From a virus, in UHGV virus genome UHGV-1394707: a DNA stretch of 32,637 bases, one strand, 5' to 3'. The notes under the pieces are model-generated. The model had not been told where the DNA came from and made no database searches. It saw nothing but the letters and a program-made list of their open reading frames with translations. The position numbers and the translations under genes were made by a program. Below are positions 9,249 through 16,742 of this stretch, piece by piece. Position 1 is the stretch's first letter. Every line of letters starts with the position of its first letter.

Positions 9249-9634
9249 CGGAAGATTTATTTGGTGATTTGCAGGATGACACCATCCTGGCACATCTTGA
9301 CAATCCCGCAGAGGATGCGTCACGCTTTCCGGCACTGCTGGCGGAGCTGAACGATTTACTGCGCGGGGAATTGTCCCGGTTAGGTGTTGATCCGGCCCAT
9401 TCACTGGAGATTGTTGTGGCTATCTGTAAGCATCTGGGCGGCGGTCAGGTCTACATTCCACGCGGTCAGGTTCTGGATTCGCTGATTCGGGATTTGCGTA
9501 TCTGGAATGATTTCAACGGTCGCAATGTTCACGAACTGGCAATCCGTCATGGTGTGACATTTAACACAGTCTATAAAGCCATCCGACGAATGCGGCGTAT
9601 AAAGTATCGTCAGTATTCCCCCCCTTTGTTTTAA
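9245..9634 (+). CDS. mor: Mor, middle operon regulator (Mor/C family activator)
   Basis: 129 aa; MTEDLFGDLQDDTILAHLDNPAED.. and ..FNGRN..TFNTVYKAIRRMRR.. match Mu Mor as recalled; last gene of the early operon. Confidence 0.88.
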   Translation: MTEDLFGDLQDDTILAHLDNPAEDASRFPALLAELNDLLRGELSRLGVDPAHSLEIVVAICKHLGGGQVYIPRGQVLDSLIRDLRIWNDFNGRNVHELAIRHGVTFNTVYKAIRRMRRIKYRQYSPPLF

Positions 9635-9641
9635 ACAGTAA

Positions 9642-9665
9642 AGCCGGTTAATCCGGCTTTTTTTA
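9642..9665 (+). terminator. Intrinsic terminator at the end of the early operon
   Basis: AGCCGG-TTAAT-CCGGCT hairpin followed by TTTTTTT, 8 nt after the mor stop. Confidence 0.75.
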
Positions 9666-9716
9666 CGCCCTCAATATTCTGTTGTGACGATAAAACGTTC
9701 ATGACAGGAGGGCAAC
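9666..9716 (+). promoter_or_regulatory. Candidate Mor-dependent middle promoter region
   Basis: Only non-coding stretch between the early terminator and the first middle-operon gene; -10-like GATAAA near 9688; an activator site would overlap the terminator dyad. Confidence 0.35.
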
Positions 9717-10277
9717 ATGCCTGAGTTTTCCCCTGCATTCCTTCATTCGCTGAATTTCGTTATACGCCCTGATGTTGAAGGTGGCTATGTTAATGATCCT
9801 GCCGACCGTGGCGGCGAAACGAAATACGGTATTTCTGACCGTCGCGACGGTGTTATTGATGGCAAAACCGATGTTAACGGTGACGGAAAACCTGATACCC
9901 GCATTAAGGATTTAACCCGCGAGCAGGCGGCGCAGATCTACTGGCGTGATTACTGGCTGGCGGCAAAGTGTAACGAATGGCCTGATGGCGTTTCCTTATT
10001 CGTTTTTGATGCTGCCGTTCAGCACGGTGTTAAACGCGCGATTCAGATCCTCCAGGCGGCAGCAGGTGTTGATGATGATGGCATCGTCGGTAAAAACACA
10101 CGCGCAGCCGTTCTGCGTGCCGATACTGACTGGCTGCTGTTGCAGTGCTTCCTGCGTCGTTCCCGCTATTACGCAGGGATTATCAAATCCAGTGCCTCGC
10201 AGGGGAAATATCTGAATGGCTGGTTTAACCGTCTGGATCTGCTCGCCAGCGCCTGTCGGGAGGTTCTGCATGGGTAA
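9717..10277 (+). CDS. GH108-family muramidase with C-terminal peptidoglycan-binding domain
   Basis: 186 aa, RBS AGGAGGG; ..VEGGYVNDPADRGGETKYGI.. and ..EQAAQIYWRDYW..FDAAVQHG..DDGIVGKNTRAAV.. are typical of Glyco_hydro_108 + PG_binding_3 proteins. Confidence 0.7.
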   Translation: MPEFSPAFLHSLNFVIRPDVEGGYVNDPADRGGETKYGISDRRDGVIDGKTDVNGDGKPDTRIKDLTREQAAQIYWRDYWLAAKCNEWPDGVSLFVFDAAVQHGVKRAIQILQAAAGVDDDGIVGKNTRAAVLRADTDWLLLQCFLRRSRYYAGIIKSSASQGKYLNGWFNRLDLLASACREVLHG

Positions 10278-10500
10278 AGGGTGGGATGCGTCCTTTCAGT
10301 TCGGCAGGCGTGAACGTTTACGACAGGAGGTATTACATCGGGAGGCCGGAGGCCCGCCACCAAAGCCAATGGATTACACAGGGCACGATGGCACCCACGG
10401 AAGTTATTACATGAAAGGCTGGCAGTCCGTTGATATGCCAGAAATTATCCACCATTGCCGGCGCTACAGAGAAAAATACCATGTACAGAAAATTCAGTGA
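10270..10500 (+). CDS. Small hypothetical protein in the middle operon
   Basis: 76 aa from ATG 10270 (RBS GGGAGG; overlaps upstream stop); His/Tyr-rich, no transmembrane segment. Confidence 0.45.
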   Translation: MGKGWDASFQFGRRERLRQEVLHREAGGPPPKPMDYTGHDGTHGSYYMKGWQSVDMPEIIHHCRRYREKYHVQKIQ

Positions 10501-10612
10501 TGAATGTTTCGGGCCGTCCACGCTGATTAGTGCGATAAAAGTGATTGCCCCTGTGGTTCTGATAACCATCAGTGCAGTGGTGTATCTTTCTGTCTGTTAA
10601 CCGGGGGAAAAT

Positions 10613-11035
10613 ATGCAGCATGATTTATTTGAACACGATCCGGCAATTCGCCAGTTAATCGGACATATTGATAACATCCCGGCCCCGGAACTGGAATCAC
10701 GCTGGCCCCGTTCGGTGGTTGATCTGATTGATGTTCTGGAAAACGAACTGAAACGCCAGAACGTCAGCAATCCCCGTGAGCTTGCCCGTAAACAGGCCGT
10801 TGCCCTGTCCTGTTTTCTGGGTGGACGGCAGTTTTACATCCCCTGCGGCGATACGATCCTGACCGCGTTACGCGACGATTTGCTTTACTGCCAGTTCAAT
10901 GGTCGTAACATGGAAGAACTGCGTCGCCAGTATCGCCTGTCCCAGCCGCAGATCTACCAGATTATTGCCAGCCAGAGAAAGCTGCATACACGACGTCATC
11001 AGCCTGATCTGTTCTCACCTGAAAGCCAGAAATAA
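10613..11035 (+). CDS. C: C, late transcription activator (Mor/C family)
   Basis: 140 aa, same length as Mu C; paralogous to the Mor ORF (shared ..FNGRN.. core); RBS GGGGGAAAA. Confidence 0.85.
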   Translation: MQHDLFEHDPAIRQLIGHIDNIPAPELESRWPRSVVDLIDVLENELKRQNVSNPRELARKQAVALSCFLGGRQFYIPCGDTILTALRDDLLYCQFNGRNMEELRRQYRLSQPQIYQIIASQRKLHTRRHQPDLFSPESQK

Positions 11036-11056
11036 CCGGCATCCTGCCGGTTATTT
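11030..11056. terminator. Perfect 12-3-12 palindrome overlapping the C stop codon; candidate middle-transcript terminator
   Basis: AAATAACCGGCA-TCC-TGCCGGTTATTT, then TTATTTCC on the + strand; symmetric, so could act in both directions. Confidence 0.5.
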
Positions 11057-11126
11057 CCTGTCACCATAATCCCGCACCTGCCATCTGATTTTTTAGACTG
11101 CCATCAGAGCATTTTTTCAGGGAAGC
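11057..11126 (+). promoter_or_regulatory. Candidate C-dependent late promoter upstream of lys
   Basis: Intergenic; CATAAT-CCCGCACCT (~11065-11079) lies 56 bp upstream of the lys ATG; the same CCCGCA core recurs upstream of two other late genes. Confidence 0.5.
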
Positions 11127-11645
11127 ATGATGGCGGGGATACCAAAAAAACTGAAAGCCGCACTGCTGGCGGCAACGATTGCCGGTGGCGGTGTGGGTGG
11201 TTATCAGGAAATGACCCGTCAGTCTCTGATCCACCTGGAAAATATCGCTTATATGCCTTACCGCGATATTGCCGGTGTGCTTACGGTCTGTGTGGGACAT
11301 ACCGGGCCGGATATCGAAATGCGCCGTTACAGCCATGCGGAGTGTATGGCTCTCCTCGACAGTGATTTAAAACCGGTTTATGCGGCAATCGATCGTCTTG
11401 TCAGGGTGCCGCTGACGCCATATCAGAAAACGGCGCTGGCAACGTTTATTTTCAACACCGGTGTTACCGCATTCAGTAAATCAACGCTGCTGAAAAAACT
11501 CAATGCCGGTGATTACGCCGGAGCGCGTGACCAGATGGCCCGCTGGGTGTTTGCCGCAGGCCATAAATGGAAAGGACTGATGAACCGTCGCGAAGTGGAA
11601 ATGGCAATCTGGAATATCAGGGGGGCGGATGACCTTCGCCAGTAA
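11127..11645 (+). CDS. lys: Endolysin, GH24/T4-lysozyme type with N-terminal SAR-like segment
   Basis: 172 aa; E-8-D-5-T catalytic spacing in ENIAYMPYRDIAGVLT; N-terminal Ala/Gly-rich weakly hydrophobic stretch KLKAALLAATIAGGGVGGY; same size and position as Mu lys. Confidence 0.85.
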   Translation: MMAGIPKKLKAALLAATIAGGGVGGYQEMTRQSLIHLENIAYMPYRDIAGVLTVCVGHTGPDIEMRRYSHAECMALLDSDLKPVYAAIDRLVRVPLTPYQKTALATFIFNTGVTAFSKSTLLKKLNAGDYAGARDQMARWVFAAGHKWKGLMNRREVEMAIWNIRGADDLRQ

Positions 11646-12015
11646 AAGTTTACTGATGGCAGCCGTGTTTACCGCCGTTCTGTCCGGGGTGTTGTGGCAC
11701 AGGCTGGACAGCACCCGCCACGATAACCAGACGCTGCGCCGTGAATTACAGACGGAGCAACAGGCCCGCCACACTGCTGAATGGTTGTTACACGGTCAGG
11801 AACAGACGATGCAGGTATTTTCCGCTATCCGTGCCGCAAATCGTGCCGCACGGCTGGCAGATGAGACAGAACATCATGATGCAAAAGAAAAAATTACAAC
11901 CGCCATTACTGGTGACAATTGCAGCACTCGTCCTGTGCCTGCCGTTGCTGCTGACAGGTTGCGGGAACTCGAAAAACGCACCCGTGCCATCGGTGGTGAT
12001 CCTGCCCGAAACTGA
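11629..12015 (+). CDS. i-spanin (Rz-like)
   Basis: 128 aa; N-terminal TM helix LLMAAVFTAVLSGVLW, charged coiled-coil-like remainder; overlaps lys 3' end. Confidence 0.7.
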   Translation: MTFASKSLLMAAVFTAVLSGVLWHRLDSTRHDNQTLRRELQTEQQARHTAEWLLHGQEQTMQVFSAIRAANRAARLADETEHHDAKEKITTAITGDNCSTRPVPAVAADRLRELEKRTRAIGGDPARN

Positions 12016-12217
12016 TACAGAACTGACGGAAGCAACGCCCGTTCCGCCCATGCCACAGCCCCTGACGTGGGGAGCATCCCTTCTCTGGAATGCTGACCTG
12101 TTGATGGCGCTCGGGCAGTGCAACCGCGACAAGGCATCAGTCCGGGAACAGGAGATCCGAAGGAAAGAAATTTATGAACGAAGACCAGAACCGGGCGGTG
12201 GCGCTGCTGCTCGCTGA
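11876..12217 (+). CDS. o-spanin (Rz1-like lipoprotein), overlapped arrangement
   Basis: Alternate frame starting inside the i-spanin gene at MMQKKK; lipobox LLTGC; Pro-rich mature region; runs past the Rz stop. Confidence 0.6.
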   Translation: MMQKKKLQPPLLVTIAALVLCLPLLLTGCGNSKNAPVPSVVILPETDTELTEATPVPPMPQPLTWGASLLWNADLLMALGQCNRDKASVREQEIRRKEIYERRPEPGGGAAAR

Positions 12218-12368
12218 ACTCTGGCAGGGGGATACCCGTGATATTCCCCGCCCGGCGGCGTATGACCCGCCTGTATTGTGTGCCGGTTGCGGTCGTGAGC
12301 TGCGGCCTGATGTGCTGAGACAGCAGCCGATGGCGAACTACTGCCACTGGTGCCGTGGAGCAGAATAA
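12174..12368 (+). CDS. Small C4 zinc-finger protein (TraR/DksA-like)
   Basis: 64 aa, RBS AGGAAAG; CAGCG..(17)..CHWC. Confidence 0.6.
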   Translation: MNEDQNRAVALLLAELWQGDTRDIPRPAAYDPPVLCAGCGRELRPDVLRQQPMANYCHWCRGAE

Positions 12369-12667
12369 TGGATTTGATTTCAGTTTTAGCGTTATGGCCT
12401 TACCTGTTGCCTGTTGTGGCCGGTGGGGCCGTCTGGGCGATGCGTCGTAGTTTTGCCAGCACCGAGCGTGTGGAGCGTCTTGAAAACCGGATGACCGAAA
12501 TGGAAACCCGCTACGCCAGCATCCCTGGCACAGAAGATGTACACGAAATGCGCCTGCGAATTGCAGAGCTGTCCGGCGATATCCGGGTGCTGTCCCAGCG
12601 GGTGCAGTCATTTTCCCATCAACTGGAGCTGCTGCTTGAAAACGCAGTAAACCGGAGTAATTCATGA
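12368..12667 (+). CDS. Membrane-anchored coiled-coil protein, positional equivalent of Mu gp25 (reported as a releasin for the SAR endolysin)
   Basis: 100 aa from ATG 12368; single N-terminal TM LISVLALWPYLLPVVAGGAVWAM then helical charged region; sits in the lysis cassette. Confidence 0.6.
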   Translation: MDLISVLALWPYLLPVVAGGAVWAMRRSFASTERVERLENRMTEMETRYASIPGTEDVHEMRLRIAELSGDIRVLSQRVQSFSHQLELLLENAVNRSNS

Positions 12668-12954
12668 TTAACGATATTCTGACCGAAGACCGTCGTCTGG
12701 TCATCCTGCGTTCCCTGATGGACTGCAATAACGAAGCAAACGAATCCATCCTTCAGGACTGTCTGGATGCATACGGACACAACGTTTCCCGCGATGTGGT
12801 TCGCGGCCAGATTGACTGGCTGGCAGAGCAGCAACTGGTCACCGTGGAAAACCTGCGCGGCTTTTATGTCGTAACGCTGACCTCCCGAGGTCAGGATGTG
12901 GCAGAAGGTCGTGCCCGCGTTGCCGGTGTCAAGCGTCCTCGTCCCCGTGCATGA
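12664..12954 (+). CDS. Hypothetical protein, positional equivalent of Mu gp26
   Basis: 96 aa, RBS GGAG, overlaps neighbours on both sides. Confidence 0.6.
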   Translation: MINDILTEDRRLVILRSLMDCNNEANESILQDCLDAYGHNVSRDVVRGQIDWLAEQQLVTVENLRGFYVVTLTSRGQDVAEGRARVAGVKRPRPRA

Positions 12955-12965
12955 CAGGAGGCGTG

Positions 12966-13541
12966 ATGGACAGGAAAACACGGGGCCGGGCTTCAAAAGT
13001 GGATTTATTGCCGGAAAACGTACGTAAAACGCTGCATGAAATGCTGCGTGATAAAGCGATCCCACAGGCCCGCATTCTGGAAGAAATTAACGCACTGATT
13101 GAAGACGCTGGCCTGCCGGATGAGATGAAACTCTCCCGTTCCGGTCTGAACCGTTACGCGACGAACGTCGAGCAGGTAGGCCATAACCTGCGACAGATGC
13201 GTGAAATGACGTCAGCACTGACCGCAGAACTTGGCGACAAGCCAATGGGAGAAACCACAAAGCTGATTCTGGAAATGGCCCGCAGCCAGCTTTTTAAGGC
13301 CATGATGCGGCAAATCGAAAACCCGGAATCTGACGTGGATATTGACCTGCTGAAAAATGCCATGCTGGCGGCACAGCGTCTGGAATCCACGGCAATGTCC
13401 AGCCACCGGCGCGAGAAAGAAATCCGCCAGGCATTCGCAGAAGAAGCGGCAAACGCCGTCAGTGAAGAACTGCGCGGGCAGGATGGCATCAGCGAAGAGC
13501 TGGAGCAGCGTATCCGTGATGTGCTGCTGGGTAAGGCATGA
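12966..13541 (+). CDS. Probable small terminase subunit, positional equivalent of Mu gp27
   Basis: 191 aa from ATG 12966 (RBS AGGAGG); immediately precedes the large terminase; helical, basic N-terminus. Confidence 0.65.
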   Translation: MDRKTRGRASKVDLLPENVRKTLHEMLRDKAIPQARILEEINALIEDAGLPDEMKLSRSGLNRYATNVEQVGHNLRQMREMTSALTAELGDKPMGETTKLILEMARSQLFKAMMRQIENPESDVDIDLLKNAMLAAQRLESTAMSSHRREKEIRQAFAEEAANAVSEELRGQDGISEELEQRIRDVLLGKA

Positions 13542-13548
13542 GAGGGTT

Positions 13549-15204
13549 ATGAACACCAGAGAAAACAACCTTAAAGCCCTTCATGCGCCCCGCAAAATCA
13601 ACCTGCGTGAGGAAGCCGAACTGCTCGGCGTGAATATCGTGACCGATATCGGTGAAGCACAGCCCCGCAATGAACCGGTTTTCCTGGGTTATCAGCGCCG
13701 CTGGTTTGAGGATGAAAGCCAGATTTGCATCGCTGAAAAATCCCGTCGTACCGGTCTGACATGGGCCGAAGCGGGCCGCAATGTCATGACGGCAGCAAAG
13801 CCGCGCCGCCGTGGCGGTCGCAACGTCTTTTATGTGGGTTCCCGTCAGGAAATGGCGCTGGAATATATCGCCGCCTGTGCCCTGTTTGCCCGCGCCTTTA
13901 ACCAGCTGGCAAAGGCTGATGTCTGGGAGCAGACCTTCTGGGACAGCGACAAAAAAGAAGAAATCCTCACTTATATGATCCGTTTCCCTAACAGCGGATT
14001 TAAGGTGCAGGCGCTGTCAAGCCGTCCGTCTAACCTGCGTGGTTTGCAGGGGGACGTGGTGATTGATGAGGCGGCATTTCATGAAGCCCTGGACGAACTC
14101 CTGAAAGCGGCCTTTGCTCTCACCATGTGGGGTGCCCGCGTGCGGATCATATCGACACATAACGGCGTCGATAACCTGTTTAACCAGTACATTCAGGATG
14201 CGCGCGAGGGGCGCAAGGATTACAGCGTTCACCGCATCACGCTGGATGATGCCATCGCTGACGGGTTGTACCGACGTATCTGTTACGTCACGAATCAGCC
14301 GTGGTCGCCGGAAGCGGAAAAAGCCTGGCGTGATGGCCTGTACCGGAATGCGCCGAATAAAGAGAGTGCCGACGAGGAATACGGCTGCATTCCTAAAAAA
14401 TCCGGGGGCGCTTATCTGTCACGCGTGCTGATTGAAGCCGCCATGACGCCAGCGCGGGATATCCCGATTCTGCGTTTTGAAGCCCCGGACGATTTTGAAT
14501 CGCTGACACCACAAATGCGCCACGGCATCGTTCAGGACTGGTGTGAACAGGAGCTGCTCCCGTTGCTCGATGCGCTGTCGCCGCTCAATAAACACGTACT
14601 GGGCGAAGACTTTGCACGCCGTGGCGACCTGACGGTGTTTGTTCCGCTTGCCATCACTCCTGACTTACGCAAACGCGAATGTTTCCGCGTGGAGCTGCGT
14701 AATGTGACCTATGACCAGCAGCGACAAATCCTTTTATTCATTCTGTCCCGTTTGCCCCGTTTTACCGGCGCTGCATTTGATGCCACCGGTAACGGCGGTT
14801 ATCTGGCAGAAGCCGCCCGTCTGATTTATGGCCCGGAGATGATCGACTGTGTGAATCTGACCGCATCCTGGTATCAGGAGTGGATGCCAAAACTGAAAGG
14901 CGAGTTTGAAGCGCAGAACATCACGATTGCCCGGCACCAGACCACTCTTGATGACCTGCTCCACATCAAGGTGGACAAAGGTATTCCGCAGATTGATAAG
15001 GGGCGCACAAAAGATGAAGGTGGTAAAGGCCGACGGCATGGCGACTTTGCCGTGGCGCTCTGTATGGCTGTCAGGGCGTCTTATATGAATGGTTTTGTTA
15101 TCGACGAGGACAGCATACAGGCGCTGCCACCACGCCACCGTGGTGATGATGTTGATAACGATGATTTTGATGATTATCACCAGTTTGAACGAGGGGGCTG
15201 GTAA
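13549..15204 (+). CDS. Terminase large subunit, positional equivalent of Mu gp28
   Basis: 551 aa from ATG 13549; size and position before the portal; the ORF-track extension to 13357 overlaps the previous gene and is rejected. Confidence 0.8.
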   Translation: MNTRENNLKALHAPRKINLREEAELLGVNIVTDIGEAQPRNEPVFLGYQRRWFEDESQICIAEKSRRTGLTWAEAGRNVMTAAKPRRRGGRNVFYVGSRQEMALEYIAACALFARAFNQLAKADVWEQTFWDSDKKEEILTYMIRFPNSGFKVQALSSRPSNLRGLQGDVVIDEAAFHEALDELLKAAFALTMWGARVRIISTHNGVDNLFNQYIQDAREGRKDYSVHRITLDDAIADGLYRRICYVTNQPWSPEAEKAWRDGLYRNAPNKESADEEYGCIPKKSGGAYLSRVLIEAAMTPARDIPILRFEAPDDFESLTPQMRHGIVQDWCEQELLPLLDALSPLNKHVLGEDFARRGDLTVFVPLAITPDLRKRECFRVELRNVTYDQQRQILLFILSRLPRFTGAAFDATGNGGYLAEAARLIYGPEMIDCVNLTASWYQEWMPKLKGEFEAQNITIARHQTTLDDLLHIKVDKGIPQIDKGRTKDEGGKGRRHGDFAVALCMAVRASYMNGFVIDEDSIQALPPRHRGDDVDNDDFDDYHQFERGGW

Positions 15205-16742
15205 TGGGCCGTATTCTGGATATTTCCGGGCAGCCGTTTGATTTTGACGATGAAATGCAGACCCGCAGCGATGAGCTGGCAATGGTCATGAAGCGTACGC
15301 AGGAGCATCCTTCCAGTGGTGTGACGCCGAACCGGGCCGCGCAGATGCTGCGTGATGCCGAACGCGGTGATCTGACCGCACAGGCTGACCTGGCCTTTGA
15401 TATGGAAGAAAAGGACACCCACCTTTTTTCCGAACTGAGCAAGCGCCGCCTTGCCATTCAGGCGCTGGAATGGCGCATCGCTCCGGCACGTGATGCCAGC
15501 GCACAGGAGAAAAAAGACGCCGACATGCTGAATGAATATCTGCATGATGCGGCGTGGTTTGAAGATGCCCTGTTTGATGCCGGTGATGCCATTCTCAAGG
15601 GTTATTCCATGCAGGAGATTGAATGGGGCTGGCTGGGCAAAATGCGCGTGCCGGTGGCGCTGCATCATCGCGATCCGGCGCTGTTTTGTGCGAACCCCGA
15701 CAATCTGAACGAATTACGCCTGCGTGATGCGTCTTATCACGGGCTGGAGCTGCAACCGTTCGGCTGGTTTATGCACCGGGCCAAATCCCGCACCGGGTAT
15801 GTCGGCACCAATGGCCTTGTGCGCACGCTTATCTGGCCTTTTATTTTTAAAAACTATTCCGTGCGTGATTTTGCAGAGTTTCTGGAAATTTACGGACTCC
15901 CCATGCGCGTTGGTAAATATCCGACCGGCTCAACGAACCGCGAGAAAGCCACGCTGATGCAGGCCGTGATGGATATCGGGCGACGTGCCGGTGGCATTAT
16001 TCCGATGGGGATGACGCTGGATTTTCAGAGCGCCGCAGATGGTCAGTCAGACCCTTTTATGGCGATGGTTGGCTGGGCAGAAAAAGCGATTTCAAAAGCC
16101 ATTCTGGGCGGCACCCTGACCACAGAGGCTGGCGATAAAGGTGCGCGGTCGCTGGGTGAAGTGCATGATGAGGTTCGCCGGGAAATCCGTAACGCGGATG
16201 TGGGCCAGCTTGCCCGCAGTATTAACCGTGACCTGATTTATCCCCTGCTGGCACTGAACAGTGACAGCACCATTGATATTAACCGCCTGCCGGGCATTGT
16301 ATTTGATACCAGTGAAGCGGGTGATATTACGGCACTGTCTGACGCCATTCCGAAACTGGCGGCGGGAATGCGTATTCCGGTCTCCTGGATACAGGAAAAA
16401 CTTCATATTCCACAGCCGGTCGGTGATGAAGCCGTGTTTACTGCTCAACCGGTTGTCCCGGATAACGGTCCGCAGAAAGAGGCCGCATTATCCGCTGAAG
16501 ATATCCCGCAGGAGGATGATATCGACCGGATGGGCGTCTCACCGGAAGACTGGCAGCGTTCGGTTGATCCCCTGCTGAAACCCGTCATTTTTTCTGTGCT
16601 GAAAGATGGCCCGGAAGCCGCCATGAACAAAGCTGCTTCATTATATCCGCAGATGGATGATGCAGAACTTATCGACATGCTGACCCGTGCCATTTTTGTT
16701 GCCGATATATGGGGGCGTCTGGATGCCGCAGCAGACCATTGA
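15204..16742 (+). CDS. Portal protein, positional equivalent of Mu gp29
   Basis: 512 aa, RBS GAGGGGG, start overlaps terminase stop (TAATG); follows the terminase. Confidence 0.8.
   Translation: MGRILDISGQPFDFDDEMQTRSDELAMVMKRTQEHPSSGVTPNRAAQMLRDAERGDLTAQADLAFDMEEKDTHLFSELSKRRLAIQALEWRIAPARDASAQEKKDADMLNEYLHDAAWFEDALFDAGDAILKGYSMQEIEWGWLGKMRVPVALHHRDPALFCANPDNLNELRLRDASYHGLELQPFGWFMHRAKSRTGYVGTNGLVRTLIWPFIFKNYSVRDFAEFLEIYGLPMRVGKYPTGSTNREKATLMQAVMDIGRRAGGIIPMGMTLDFQSAADGQSDPFMAMVGWAEKAISKAILGGTLTTEAGDKGARSLGEVHDEVRREIRNADVGQLARSINRDLIYPLLALNSDSTIDINRLPGIVFDTSEAGDITALSDAIPKLAAGMRIPVSWIQEKLHIPQPVGDEAVFTAQPVVPDNGPQKEAALSAEDIPQEDDIDRMGVSPEDWQRSVDPLLKPVIFSVLKDGPEAAMNKAASLYPQMDDAELIDMLTRAIFVADIWGRLDAAADH

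Noticed and set aside
11874-12749. 291-aa ORF on the - strand
   Set aside because: Antisense to the spanin, zinc-finger and releasin-like genes; Arg/Pro-rich low-complexity translation typical of antisense frames in GC-rich DNA.
13357-13548. N-terminal extension of the large terminase frame
   Set aside because: Overlaps the 3' end of the preceding gene in another frame; the first RBS-backed ATG is at 13549.
14734-15668. Two overlapping - strand ORFs (182 and 163 aa)
   Set aside because: Antisense to the large terminase / portal junction; no start context; shadow ORFs.
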